Below are positions 48,604 through 58,512 of a stretch of 64,000 nucleotides of DNA, piece after piece. Position numbers and translations under genes: made by a program. Every line of letters begins with the position of its first letter. The stretch's first letter is position 1. The stretch comes from an uncultured Candidatus Saccharibacteria bacterium (GTDB lineage Bacteria; Patescibacteriota; Minisyncoccia; Phycocordibacterales; PALSA-1337): positions 22,240 through 86,239 of the forward strand of contig CAYMGJ010000001.1 of the NCBI GenBank assembly GCA_964389975.1. Direction: 5' to 3'. The notes under the pieces are model-generated. The model had not been told where the DNA came from, did not search any database, and was given only the letters and a program-made list of their open reading frames with translations.

Positions 48604-49461
48604 ATGAAAGATTATTACAACACACTTGGAGTACCAAAAACAGCTACACAAGATGAGATAAAGAAAGCGTTTCGTAAACTTGCTCATGAATATCATCCTG
48701 ATAAGAATAAGGGGGATGATACTAAGTTCAAAGAAATAAACGAGGCGTATACGGTGCTGTCTGATAGTCAAAAGAGACAGCAGTATGACACTTTTGGTTC
48801 TGCTGGACCACAGCAGGGTGGTTTTAATGGTGGAGGATTCGGTGGTTTTGACTTTTCAGGTTTCGCACGACAGCATCAAGGACAGAATGGTCAATCTTTT
48901 GAATTTGATCTTGGTGATATTTTCGGAGAATTTTTCGGAGGTGGAGGACGTCGACCACGACGTGGGTCAAATATCACTGTGGATACAAAACTAACATTTA
49001 AGGAATCTGTTTTCGGAGTTGAAAAAGAATTCTCGCTTGGAGGAAAGGAGAAAATTGTTGTAACTATTCCAGCAGGTATTGAGAATGGACAAGGTCTTCG
49101 TGTATCAGGAAAAGGTGAGGAGGGGGCTGGGGGTCGAGGAGATCTCATTGTACGTGTATGGGTTGATGAGCATAAGGTGTTTCGTAAGGAAGGATTTAAT
49201 CTCATCATGGAACTTGATTTAAAGCTCACCACAGCACTTTTGGGAGCTTCTCTTGATATTGAAACTCTTGATGGAGTAATTGAATTGAAAGTTCCTGCAG
49301 GAACAACTCATAATGAAGTATTACGCATCAAGGGAAAGGGAGTACCTCATCCTCATGGAAAGAGAGGGGATATACTTGTGGTGACTAAGGTAGAGATGCC
49401 ACGTAAACTTTCAAAAACTGCTCATAAATTAGTTGAGGAATTGAAGAAGGAGGGTCTGTAG
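48604..49461 (+). CDS. dnaJ: DnaJ-family co-chaperone without zinc finger (class B)
   Basis: J-domain HPD, G/F-rich region, C-terminal domain. No CxxCxGxG repeats. Confidence 0.88.
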   Translation: MKDYYNTLGVPKTATQDEIKKAFRKLAHEYHPDKNKGDDTKFKEINEAYTVLSDSQKRQQYDTFGSAGPQQGGFNGGGFGGFDFSGFARQHQGQNGQSFEFDLGDIFGEFFGGGGRRPRRGSNITVDTKLTFKESVFGVEKEFSLGGKEKIVVTIPAGIENGQGLRVSGKGEEGAGGRGDLIVRVWVDEHKVFRKEGFNLIMELDLKLTTALLGASLDIETLDGVIELKVPAGTTHNEVLRIKGKGVPHPHGKRGDILVVTKVEMPRKLSKTAHKLVEELKKEGL

Positions 49462-49557
49462 TTGACTGGTTTTATATAGCATGAGAGTCTTTATTTTAGA
49501 ATTTCTATTTTATATCATCGCATGGTGATAGGGTAGGAAGGCTTTTTTAATTGTTGT

Positions 49558-49920
49558 ATGAAGAAGAAAGTTATAATAGGCACTTTAACGAGACAAATCT
49601 TAGTGCCTGCAGTTTTTGGATTCAAGTTAAATCCACCTTGCAAACCTTCCATAATTAAACCTTTGAAACGCAAGGGGTGGTGCGCTCTGAGTGATGTAGA
49701 AAATTCCACTGTGACTTCTGGCATCAAGAGGGACGAGTTCTTGAAGATCTTGGGTCATGAATGGTGTATTACATCATTCCCTAGGTCTATAATTACGCAT
49801 ATTACCAAAGGATCTCTCGCTGATCTCCATCGGGCAATCAAAAATAACGGTACAGGTGATATCTATATTCCTCATACACGTCTAATTAAAGTTCTCGAGT
49901 ACGTGTGCAAGAAGAAGTAG
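49558..49920 (+). CDS. Hypothetical basic protein (ORFan cassette)
   Basis: ORF followed by the AAGCCAGCA/TGCTGGCTT terminator. Confidence 0.55.
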   Translation: MKKKVIIGTLTRQILVPAVFGFKLNPPCKPSIIKPLKRKGWCALSDVENSTVTSGIKRDEFLKILGHEWCITSFPRSIITHITKGSLADLHRAIKNNGTGDIYIPHTRLIKVLEYVCKKK

Positions 49921-49998
49921 CGAGAAATCCACTTCACCCACATAAGCCAGCATCACTGCTGGCTTTTCCTTTTACCCTCATTTTGCTATGATACATAC

Positions 49999-50949
49999 AT
50001 GTCAAAAAAGATTCTTCTTTCGGGTATTAAGCCAACAGGTCGTCCTCATATAGGAAACTACTTTGGTGCAATGAAGCAAATGGTGGATATGCAGAACAGT
50101 GGTATGTACGAAACATACTTTATGATTGTTGACTATCATGCTCTCAATTTCATACAGGATCAGAAGACAATGCGTGAACATACATACGATTTAACCCTCG
50201 ACTATCTTGCTATTGGTATCAATCCTGGTACATCAGTATTGTTTAAGCAATCTGATATAAGTGCTCATACAGAACTTACATGGATATTTGATACCATCAC
50301 AACTATGCCATATCTCATGAGAGCTCATGCTTTTAAAGATGCTGAGGCAAAGAACAAGGAAATTAGTGTAGGAACTTTTAACTATCCTATGCTCATGGCT
50401 TCAGATATTCTTCTCTATGATGCTGATGTTGTACCCGTTGGGCAAGATCAGAAACAGCATATTGAGTATACACGTGACACAGCAATGAAGTTTAACAATA
50501 TATTTGGAGAAACATTCAAACTTCCCGAACCTCTCATTGTAGAAAATGTTGCAATAGTACCTGGAATTGATGGACGAAAGATGTCGAAAAGTTATGGAAA
50601 CACCATCCCTCTCTTTGCTTCATATGAAGAGATATCAAAAGCTGTTATGAGTATTGTTACTGATTCAGGATCTGATATTCCTCTCAATGTATATAATATT
50701 CATAAACTTTTGAAAACAGAGGAGGAACTGAAACCTCTCTATGAGACAAACAAAGGTAAGTACAAGATCTTAAAGGAAGCATTGATTGCAGATCTTGAAG
50801 CCTTCATTAATCCTCTTCGTGAACGACGCAATGAACTTGCACGTGATCCTCAATTGGTAAAGAAAACGCTCGAGGAAGGTAAGGCACGAGCTCAAGCACG
50901 AGCGGGGGAGAAACTGAAGGTTGTAAAAGAAAAGATTGGGGTGATGTAA
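49999..50949 (+). CDS. trpS: Tryptophan--tRNA ligase
   Basis: SGIKPTG.PHIGNY, YPMLMASDI, VGQDQ, KMSKS. Confidence 0.97.
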   Translation: MSKKILLSGIKPTGRPHIGNYFGAMKQMVDMQNSGMYETYFMIVDYHALNFIQDQKTMREHTYDLTLDYLAIGINPGTSVLFKQSDISAHTELTWIFDTITTMPYLMRAHAFKDAEAKNKEISVGTFNYPMLMASDILLYDADVVPVGQDQKQHIEYTRDTAMKFNNIFGETFKLPEPLIVENVAIVPGIDGRKMSKSYGNTIPLFASYEEISKAVMSIVTDSGSDIPLNVYNIHKLLKTEEELKPLYETNKGKYKILKEALIADLEAFINPLRERRNELARDPQLVKKTLEEGKARAQARAGEKLKVVKEKIGVM

Positions 50950-50995
50950 AAGAAAAGGACTTCCGGTGAGGAGGTCCTTTCTGATACAGACGATG

Positions 50996-51526
50996 CTATT
51001 CGATAATTTCATGAGCTAATCCGTACCGGATGATCTGATCGGGGTAGAGGTTTGACGTTTTTTTCATCAGTTTCCTTACCTCGCGAGCACTTATTTTTCC
51101 TGATTGTTTGGCAATAATCTCAGAGTACCATTCCTCATCCTTTCTGAGACTACCTGTCCTAAATCCAGACTCACGCGTTGTTATCCTTTCTCCATCGGTA
51201 GTGTAACCGAGTTCATGAAAAAAGAAACTAGTGTGAGGAGTGATAATCCTCCGTGCCGCACTCATAAATACAGGAATTGCCATGGAGCCAACAGCTGATA
51301 CTCCAACAGAGGTAAGTGTGAGGCCTCTTCTTTGGAAAAGAGTAAGTAAATCTACGAGGGCAAAACCAACATCAATAATTCCACCCCCAGAACTTATGAT
51401 GAGATCAACCGGCAATGTTGGTGTATTCTTGCGAAGCTCCGTCATCTCACGATAAACCCTGTCTATCGTGGGATATTCAATTTTGCCAAAAAGAGAGCAT
51501 GTGGCTGAACGACTCTGTGTTTTCAT
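50996..51526 (-). CDS. Divergent ClpP/S14-family protein
   Basis: LFGKI, ISSGGG, VGSMA (Ser), FFFHE (His), YGLAHEII. Confidence 0.75.
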   Translation of the reverse strand: MKTQSRSATCSLFGKIEYPTIDRVYREMTELRKNTPTLPVDLIISSGGGIIDVGFALVDLLTLFQRRGLTLTSVGVSAVGSMAIPVFMSAARRIITPHTSFFFHELGYTTDGERITTRESGFRTGSLRKDEEWYSEIIAKQSGKISAREVRKLMKKTSNLYPDQIIRYGLAHEIIE

Positions 51527-51641
51527 AAAGATATTTTTTCTATCAGCATACGATGCTGATTTCTAATATGCACAATATCATGAATACACCACACATGTCA
51601 ACGTTCTATAAACCCACATTTCAAGATAGTATTAGTATCAT

Positions 51642-53039
51642 ATGACAAGAACATACATTAAAGATCTTAAGCAGTATCTTGGACAGGAAGTGTCCATATC
51701 AGGATGGGTAGACATCCGACGTGATCAGGGTAAACTCATATTCCTTGATTTTCGTGATATAACGGGAAAGGTTCAAGGAGTTATACTCCCTAATGCACAA
51801 GATGCTCATGTAGTAGGATCAACTCTTCGACCAGAATGGGTTGTATCTGTTCAGGGAAAGGTAAATCCTCGTCCTCCAAAGAATATTCAAGCTGATAAGC
51901 TCAATGGTGATATTGAACTTGAGATACTTGGTATATCCGTTCTCAATACAGCAGAAACTCCTCCTTTCGATATTCATGGGGATGGCAAAGAAATCAATGA
52001 AGAGACACGATTGAAATATCGATACATTGACCTTCGCCGAGCACGTCTTCAAAAGAATATGATTCATCGTCATGATGTTATGCTTCGTGTAAGAAACATG
52101 TTTGCTGGAGAAGGCTTTAGAGAAATTGAAACACCTCTTCTCTCAGCAACCACCCCAGAAGGATCACGTGACTATATAGTTCCTTCACGTCTTGACCGTG
52201 GACTCTTCTACTCACTTCCTCAGAGTCCTCAACAATACAAGCAACTTCTCATGGCTTCAGGATTTGAGAAATATTTTCAATTCGCACGATGTATGCGTGA
52301 TGAAGATACTCGAGGGGATCGACAACCTGAGTTTACACAGCTCGATATGGAAATGAGTTTTGTTGAACAGAAAGATGTTATGGCTATCAATGAGAAAGCC
52401 ATTCTCGATATTGTACAGAATCTGTATCCACACAAGAAAATACAGAAAACTCCAATTCCTGTTATGACTCATAAGGAAGCTAAGGAGAAGTATAATTCTG
52501 ACAAGCCAGATATACGTGTTAATAAAGATGATCCAGACGAATTAGCATTCATATGGATTGTTGATTTTCCTTTCTTTGAAAAAGATGAGGAAACAAAAGG
52601 ATGGACATTTAGTCACAATCCATTTTCTGCTCCAAAGCCTGAATATATGAATGACCTTATGGCAGGAAACAATATTGAAAATATCCTTACCACTCAGTAT
52701 GACCTCGTATGTAATGGATATGAGATTGGGGGAGGAAGTATACGAAATCACAATCCTGAAGCTCTCAAGATGGTATTTAAAATCATGGGATATGATGATG
52801 AGAGAATTGAAAAGAACTTTGGACATATGCTCCATGCTCTCGGATCAGGAACACCACCTCATGGAGGTATGGCATGGGGATTTGATCGTCTTATGATGAT
52901 TCTTGAAAATGAACCTAATATTCGTGAAGTTATTCCATTTGCAAAAACAGGTGAAGGACGTGACCCTATGATGGGAGCTCCTGGTAAGGTTCAGGACAAG
53001 CAATTGAAAGAATTGGGTATCAAGATACAAGGAGAGTAG
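51642..53039 (+). CDS. aspS: Aspartate--tRNA ligase (no GAD insert)
   Basis: OB domain, TPEGSRDY, QSPQQYKQLLM, RDED.RGDRQPEFTQ, PPHGG. Confidence 0.95.
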   Translation: MTRTYIKDLKQYLGQEVSISGWVDIRRDQGKLIFLDFRDITGKVQGVILPNAQDAHVVGSTLRPEWVVSVQGKVNPRPPKNIQADKLNGDIELEILGISVLNTAETPPFDIHGDGKEINEETRLKYRYIDLRRARLQKNMIHRHDVMLRVRNMFAGEGFREIETPLLSATTPEGSRDYIVPSRLDRGLFYSLPQSPQQYKQLLMASGFEKYFQFARCMRDEDTRGDRQPEFTQLDMEMSFVEQKDVMAINEKAILDIVQNLYPHKKIQKTPIPVMTHKEAKEKYNSDKPDIRVNKDDPDELAFIWIVDFPFFEKDEETKGWTFSHNPFSAPKPEYMNDLMAGNNIENILTTQYDLVCNGYEIGGGSIRNHNPEALKMVFKIMGYDDERIEKNFGHMLHALGSGTPPHGGMAWGFDRLMMILENEPNIREVIPFAKTGEGRDPMMGAPGKVQDKQLKELGIKIQGE

Positions 53040-53064
53040 GTATATTCTCTGGTATAATATCTTC

Positions 53065-53793
53065 ATGCAATCTTTTAGGATAAAGACTGGAACATTCGAA
53101 GGTCCTCTTGATCTTCTCCTTTCTCTTGTTGAAAAGAAGAAACTTTTCATCAATGATATATCTCTTGCACAGGTTACTGATGATTTCATACATCATATAG
53201 AAAACTTTGAAAATATACCTATGGGAGAATCTGCCCAATTCATACTCATTGCCTCAACTCTCCTTCTCATTAAATCAAAATCTCTTCTTCCTGTTCTTAC
53301 CCTCACTGAAGAAGAAGAGCAGGGGATACATGATCTTGAAACACGTCTCAAGATATATCAGAGGATAAAGGAGGGGAGTGTACATATTAAGAAAATGTTT
53401 GGAGAACATATTCTTTTTTTTCCAGAAACAACACATGCAACTCCTGTGGTTTTCTCCCCTCATCAATCAATGAATCTTCTTTCTCTTGTTGAGGTATTAA
53501 AAAATATCATTACCTCATTACCAAAGAAAGAATCTGCACCTAAAGCTGTTATACGTCAGGTTATCAGTCTTGAAACTATGATTGATAGTCTTTCAGAGAG
53601 GATTACCCATAGCTTACGTATGAAGTTCAGTGATTTCTCTGCTAGTCACAAACATGAAAAAGTTAATGTCATTGTGAGCTTTCTTGCTATGCTTGAACTT
53701 GTAAAACAAGGAGTTATCCATGCCACACAGGATGATCATAAGGGAGATATACACATGGAAACTCAACAGATAGGGGTTCCGCGGTATAATTAA
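53065..53793 (+). CDS. scpA: Segregation/condensation protein A
   Basis: FEGPLDLLL, IKSKSLLP, FLAMLEL. Confidence 0.95.
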   Translation: MQSFRIKTGTFEGPLDLLLSLVEKKKLFINDISLAQVTDDFIHHIENFENIPMGESAQFILIASTLLLIKSKSLLPVLTLTEEEEQGIHDLETRLKIYQRIKEGSVHIKKMFGEHILFFPETTHATPVVFSPHQSMNLLSLVEVLKNIITSLPKKESAPKAVIRQVISLETMIDSLSERITHSLRMKFSDFSASHKHEKVNVIVSFLAMLELVKQGVIHATQDDHKGDIHMETQQIGVPRYN

Positions 53794-53796
53794 AAT

Positions 53797-54348
53797 ATGT
53801 CATATTCACTTGAAACAGCTCTTGAGGCCATTCTCTTCTGGAAAGGGGAACCGATGTCACTTAAAAAACTAAGTGGTTTTCTTAAATGCACAGAGAAAGA
53901 TATACACGATGCATTACCTCGATTGAAAGAATCTCTCAAGGGAAGGGGAATCACAGTGGTTGAATATGATACTGAAATAAGTCTTGCAACTTCACCTCTT
54001 GTATCTCAGTTGATACAAGATATAACCAAAGATGAACTTTCGAGAGACTTAGGGAAAGCTGGTCTTGAAACTCTCTCTATCATTCTCTATCAAGGCCCTA
54101 TTTCTCGTCCTGATATAGATTATATACGAGGGGTAAGTTCACAGTTTATTATCCGCAATCTCCTTGTACGTGGTCTTATAGAGCGGAGCGATAATGAAAA
54201 AGATGCACGAAGTTTCTTGTATAAGCCGAGTCTCGAACTTCTGTCCCACTTGGGTATTTCTCATATACAAGATTTACCTGAATTTGAAGCCATACGGAAA
54301 GATATAGAGAACTTTAAAAATACTACAATCAATGCAGAACAAGCCTAG
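53797..54348 (+). CDS. scpB: Segregation/condensation protein B
   Basis: EAILF, LETLSIILY.GPI, IRGV. Confidence 0.95.
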   Translation: MSYSLETALEAILFWKGEPMSLKKLSGFLKCTEKDIHDALPRLKESLKGRGITVVEYDTEISLATSPLVSQLIQDITKDELSRDLGKAGLETLSIILYQGPISRPDIDYIRGVSSQFIIRNLLVRGLIERSDNEKDARSFLYKPSLELLSHLGISHIQDLPEFEAIRKDIENFKNTTINAEQA

Positions 54349-55432
54349 TATTGATACCTTATTCCTCATCAATGTCACAGCACTTGCCCTTGCTGGTTTC
54401 TTTATCTTTAGCTCAGCATCACTTGGCCTCCTTGCTCGAACAGGAGCAAGTTTTGCATCAGTTGCACTCAATCAAACTATTGGATTAATTATCGGGGGTC
54501 TTGCATTCTGGGGAATGTCTAAGGTTCACTACAAACTACTTCGTAAATATGCTTTCTTCATACTCCTTGGAGCTCTTGTACTTAATCTCCTCTTATTCAT
54601 ACCAGCCCTTACCCTTACCCATGGAGGAGCATCAAGATGGATTGATCTTGGTTTTGTAACATTTCAACCTTCAGAATTTCTTAAAATTGCCTTCATTATA
54701 TATTTTGGAGCATTACTCTCCTTAATGAAGGACAAGATACATACATTTAAACATGGGGTTCTACCATACCTTGGTATTATGGGATTACTCGGTATTCTCC
54801 TTCTTCTCCAATCGGATACTGATACATTGATTGTGATAGCGGTAACAGGTTTAGCTATGCTCTTTATTTCAGGTGCACGATTGAAGCACATTGCGATTAT
54901 TGCATTCATTTCCCTCATAGCTCTTGGTTCAGTTATGTATGTTCGTCCCTATATACGTGAACGTATCATGACCTATCTCAATCCCTCACAGAATCCTCAG
55001 GGATCTGGATATCAAATTCAACAATCACTTATCGCTATTGGATCGGGACAAATATCAGGTAGAGGTTTTGGACAAAGTATACAGAAATTCAACTATCTCC
55101 CTGAGCCGATAGGGGATTCAATATTTGCTGTTCAAGCTGAAGAATTCGGTTTCCTCGGTAGCACATTTCTTGTTATTGCATTCTTCCTTCTTTTCTTACG
55201 ATCAATATGGATTGCATCACGATCTCCAGATACCTTTGGTGGACTTACTGTGATTGGAATTGCTATACTTATCATCGTAGAGTCATACATGAATATTTCA
55301 TCCATGCTCGGACTCATACCACTTTCAGGAATGCCTCTTCTCTTTGTGAGTCATGGAGGTACAGCACTCATCATTACCCTTGCCGCAGTGGGAATCATTG
55401 CAAATATTTCTAAATATAAAGTAACGAAATAA
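54332..55432 (+). CDS. ftsW: SEDS peptidoglycan polymerase FtsW
   Basis: GASRWI, QPSEFLK, GYQI.QS, LPE..GDSIF. Adjacent to murG. Confidence 0.9.
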   Translation: MQNKPSIDTLFLINVTALALAGFFIFSSASLGLLARTGASFASVALNQTIGLIIGGLAFWGMSKVHYKLLRKYAFFILLGALVLNLLLFIPALTLTHGGASRWIDLGFVTFQPSEFLKIAFIIYFGALLSLMKDKIHTFKHGVLPYLGIMGLLGILLLLQSDTDTLIVIAVTGLAMLFISGARLKHIAIIAFISLIALGSVMYVRPYIRERIMTYLNPSQNPQGSGYQIQQSLIAIGSGQISGRGFGQSIQKFNYLPEPIGDSIFAVQAEEFGFLGSTFLVIAFFLLFLRSIWIASRSPDTFGGLTVIGIAILIIVESYMNISSMLGLIPLSGMPLLFVSHGGTALIITLAAVGIIANISKYKVTK

Positions 55433-55435
55433 CTT

Positions 55436-56572
55436 ATGAAAATTCTTTTTACAGGAGGAGGAACAGGAGGTCATTTCTATCCCATCATTGCAGTTGCTCA
55501 ATCAGTTTATGAAAAAGCAAAGGAACGTAAAATACTTACTCCTCAACTCTATTACATGGCTCCAAGTCAGTATAATCCTCGAGCATTGTTTGATAATGAT
55601 ATAGAGTTCGTATCAGTACCAGCAGGTAAGATTCGACGCTACTTCTCTCTTCTCAATCTTACTGATATGTTCAAAACTGCTTTCGGTGTTCTCCAAGCGA
55701 TTATAAAGCTCTACAGAATATATCCTGATGTTGTATTTGGAAAAGGTGGATACGCTAGTTTTCCTGCACTCTTTGCGGCTCGACTTCTCCGTATACCTGT
55801 AATCATCCATGAATCTGATAGTGCTCCAGGAAGAGTGAATGGATGGGCTGCGAAGTTTGCTACTCGAATAGCTCTATCATACCCTGATGCAGGAGAAACT
55901 TTTACTATGGTTAAGGACAAGAGCCGTATTGCATTCACCGGAAACCCTATACGAAAAGAAATACGTGAACCCCTTACCAATGGTGCACGTGAATTCCTTA
56001 ATCTCGAGGAAGGAACTCCTACTATACTCATCATGGGTGGATCACAAGGATCTCAAACCATTAATGATGCCATTATCGATGGTCTTCCTGAACTTGTTAC
56101 CCGATATCAAGTTATTCATCAAACTGGTAAAAAGAATTTTGAATCTGTAAAAGAGACAGCCAAGATTAGTCTTGGAACCAGTGAATATGCATATCGATAT
56201 CATCCTTTCGATTACCTCAATGATCTTGCCATGCGTATGAGTGCAGGGGTAAGTGATGTCATCATATCACGTGGTGGTTCAACTATATTTGAAATTGCAG
56301 CATGGGGTATTCCTTCAATTATCATTCCTCTTTCAAAGAAAATCAGTCATGATCAGGTAAAGAATGCTTTTTCATATGCTCGCAACGGTTCATGTGTTGT
56401 TATTGAGGAAGAAAACTTAAGTTCCCATATTCTCATCTCAGAAATTGACAGGATTAATAATAATCAGCATATTAAGGATGCAATGCGTCAAAATGCTAAG
56501 CAATGGAGCCATATTGATGCTGCTGATAAAATAGCGAATGTTATACTTGAAATTGCATTGAAGCATGAGTAA
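55436..56572 (+). CDS. murG: Undecaprenyl-PP-MurNAc-pentapeptide GlcNAc transferase
   Basis: GGGTGGH, GGY, HE, GNPIR, GGSQG. Confidence 0.95.
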   Translation: MKILFTGGGTGGHFYPIIAVAQSVYEKAKERKILTPQLYYMAPSQYNPRALFDNDIEFVSVPAGKIRRYFSLLNLTDMFKTAFGVLQAIIKLYRIYPDVVFGKGGYASFPALFAARLLRIPVIIHESDSAPGRVNGWAAKFATRIALSYPDAGETFTMVKDKSRIAFTGNPIRKEIREPLTNGAREFLNLEEGTPTILIMGGSQGSQTINDAIIDGLPELVTRYQVIHQTGKKNFESVKETAKISLGTSEYAYRYHPFDYLNDLAMRMSAGVSDVIISRGGSTIFEIAAWGIPSIIIPLSKKISHDQVKNAFSYARNGSCVVIEEENLSSHILISEIDRINNNQHIKDAMRQNAKQWSHIDAADKIANVILEIALKHE

Positions 56573-56641
56573 GAAAATGCTATACTAACTTACAAGCTTA
56601 TATAGAGAAGCCTATTAATAATTTAATTTAAAACATACTAT

Positions 56642-57148
56642 ATGGAACCAGCAGGAACAGGTATAAAGACATGGCAGTGGGTGGTAACAGTCATTGTTAT
56701 CATCGCTCTCGTTGTCGTTGGTTATGTTATGTTGAAGGGTGGATCTTCTACTCCTACTGACGTAACAGATGATACATCTTCAGAAGTTGATGGAATTAAG
56801 ACAGGAGACATTAATCGAGTTGTTGTCTCAGATCAATTCCCAGGAAATATCGTATATATTTCTTCAGTTCAATTTTCTCAACCAGGATTCGTAGTTATTC
56901 ACAAGGATAACAATGGAACACCAGGAGATGTAATTGGATACCAGTATTTTGACAAGGGAATCAATCCAGGCAAGATAACTTTGACAATGCCAACAGTTGA
57001 AGGTGGTGTATACTACGCTATGCTTCACACTGATGATGGAGACAAGAAGTTCGATGCTAAGAAGGATATGCCTTTGAAGGATTCACGAGGAGAAATCATC
57101 ATGAAGATCTTCCGAGCCTCAGCTAGTGTTACAGGAATCAAGGGATAG
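56642..57148 (+). CDS. Membrane-anchored hypothetical protein
   Basis: TM helix, then VSDQ, GFVVIH and YYAMLH.DDGD motifs. Confidence 0.75.
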   Translation: MEPAGTGIKTWQWVVTVIVIIALVVVGYVMLKGGSSTPTDVTDDTSSEVDGIKTGDINRVVVSDQFPGNIVYISSVQFSQPGFVVIHKDNNGTPGDVIGYQYFDKGINPGKITLTMPTVEGGVYYAMLHTDDGDKKFDAKKDMPLKDSRGEIIMKIFRASASVTGIKG

Positions 57149-57169
57149 TAAACTCTGAGATATATTCAA

Positions 57170-57198
57170 CAAAAAAGTACCCTAAGAGGTACTTTTTT
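57170..57198 (+). terminator. Intrinsic terminator
   Basis: AAAAAAGTACC/GGTACTTTTTT. Confidence 0.75.
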
Positions 57199-57216
57199 GC
57201 TATAATGTCCCCATCT

Positions 57217-58512
57217 ATGAAAGTTGTCACACGTTTTGCACCATCACCTACAGGTCTTCTTCATTTAGGTAATTATCGTACCGCTCTTTTTGCATACATC
57301 TATGCTCGCCAGAATGGTGGTAAGTTCATTCTTCGTATTGAAGACACTGATAAGGCTCGATCAAAGAAAGAATACGAAGACAATATTCTTGAAAGTCTTT
57401 CATGGCTTGGTCTCTCTCACGATGATTTTTTCCGTCAATCAGAGCAGGTGGGAAAACATTCTGAAGCATTACAGAAACTGATTGATTCTGGTCATGCATA
57501 TATTTCTAAGGAGACTCCGAAAGAAGAAGGGGGTAGAACTGAAGTTATCCGCTTTAAAAACCCTAACAAGAAAGTTTCCTTCAATGATATTATCCGAGGT
57601 CGTATTGAATTTGATACTACAGATCTCGGCGATTTCATCATTGCAAAAAATATGCAAGAACCAGTTTTTCATCTTGCTGTTGTTGTTGATGATATGAATA
57701 TGGGGGTAACCCATATTATTCGCGGTGAAGATCATATCTCAAATACACCTCGCCATATTCTCATCTATGAAGCACTTGGGGCACCTGTTCCTCAATACGC
57801 TCACATTCCTCTTGTTCTCAGTACCGACCGATCGAAGCTCTCGAAGCGACGTGGAGCTCTTCCCATCACTGAATATCGTGACAGAGGATACCTTCCACAA
57901 GCCCTCATCAACTCTATGGTTCTTCTTGGATGGAATCCTGGAACTGATCAGGAAATACTTTCTCTCGAAGAGATTGTGTCTCAGTTTAAGCTTGAGAAAG
58001 TGCAGAAAGCAGGTGCAGTATTCGGTGAAGAAAAGCTTCAATGGATCAACAAGAAATATATTGAAATGCTTTCACTTACTGAATTTACCTCATATGCTGA
58101 ATCTTTTGCACAGAGAACTCTCTCACCTCAAGTTATACAACTTCTCAAGGAAAGAATTGTATCCTTTGGAGAAATTCCTGGACTCATAGCAGGGGAGCTC
58201 TCTTTTGTCGAACATGTCGAGAACTATACCCCTGATGCCCTTCTCTGGAAAAAAGAACCTGATCGAGAGAAAACAAAATCTCATCTTCAGTATATCCTCA
58301 CAACCCTTTCATCACTTACTGATTTCTCAAAAGAATCTGTTAAAACTGCCCTCTGGTCATATGCAGAAAAAGAGGGGAGGGGTAATGTACTTTGGCCTAT
58401 GCGCTATGCCCTTTCAGGGAAAGAAAAATCTCCTGATCCCTTTATCATCTCAGAAATTCTTGGCAAGGAAGAAACGCTTAAACGCCTCACCCATGCCTAC
58501 GAATCTCTCTAG
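57217..58512 (+). CDS. gltX: Glutamate--tRNA ligase
   Basis: RFAPSPTG.LHLG, LRIEDTD, RGEDH, KLSKR. Confidence 0.97.
   Translation: MKVVTRFAPSPTGLLHLGNYRTALFAYIYARQNGGKFILRIEDTDKARSKKEYEDNILESLSWLGLSHDDFFRQSEQVGKHSEALQKLIDSGHAYISKETPKEEGGRTEVIRFKNPNKKVSFNDIIRGRIEFDTTDLGDFIIAKNMQEPVFHLAVVVDDMNMGVTHIIRGEDHISNTPRHILIYEALGAPVPQYAHIPLVLSTDRSKLSKRRGALPITEYRDRGYLPQALINSMVLLGWNPGTDQEILSLEEIVSQFKLEKVQKAGAVFGEEKLQWINKKYIEMLSLTEFTSYAESFAQRTLSPQVIQLLKERIVSFGEIPGLIAGELSFVEHVENYTPDALLWKKEPDREKTKSHLQYILTTLSSLTDFSKESVKTALWSYAEKEGRGNVLWPMRYALSGKEKSPDPFIISEILGKEETLKRLTHAYESL

Noticed and set aside
58205-58492. Long overlap of the M23 ORF with gltX, and the many antisense or shadow ORFs of 60-210 aa inside core genes
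   Set aside because: The signal peptide starts at ATG 58493. The shadow ORFs lack motifs and are expected from codon bias.
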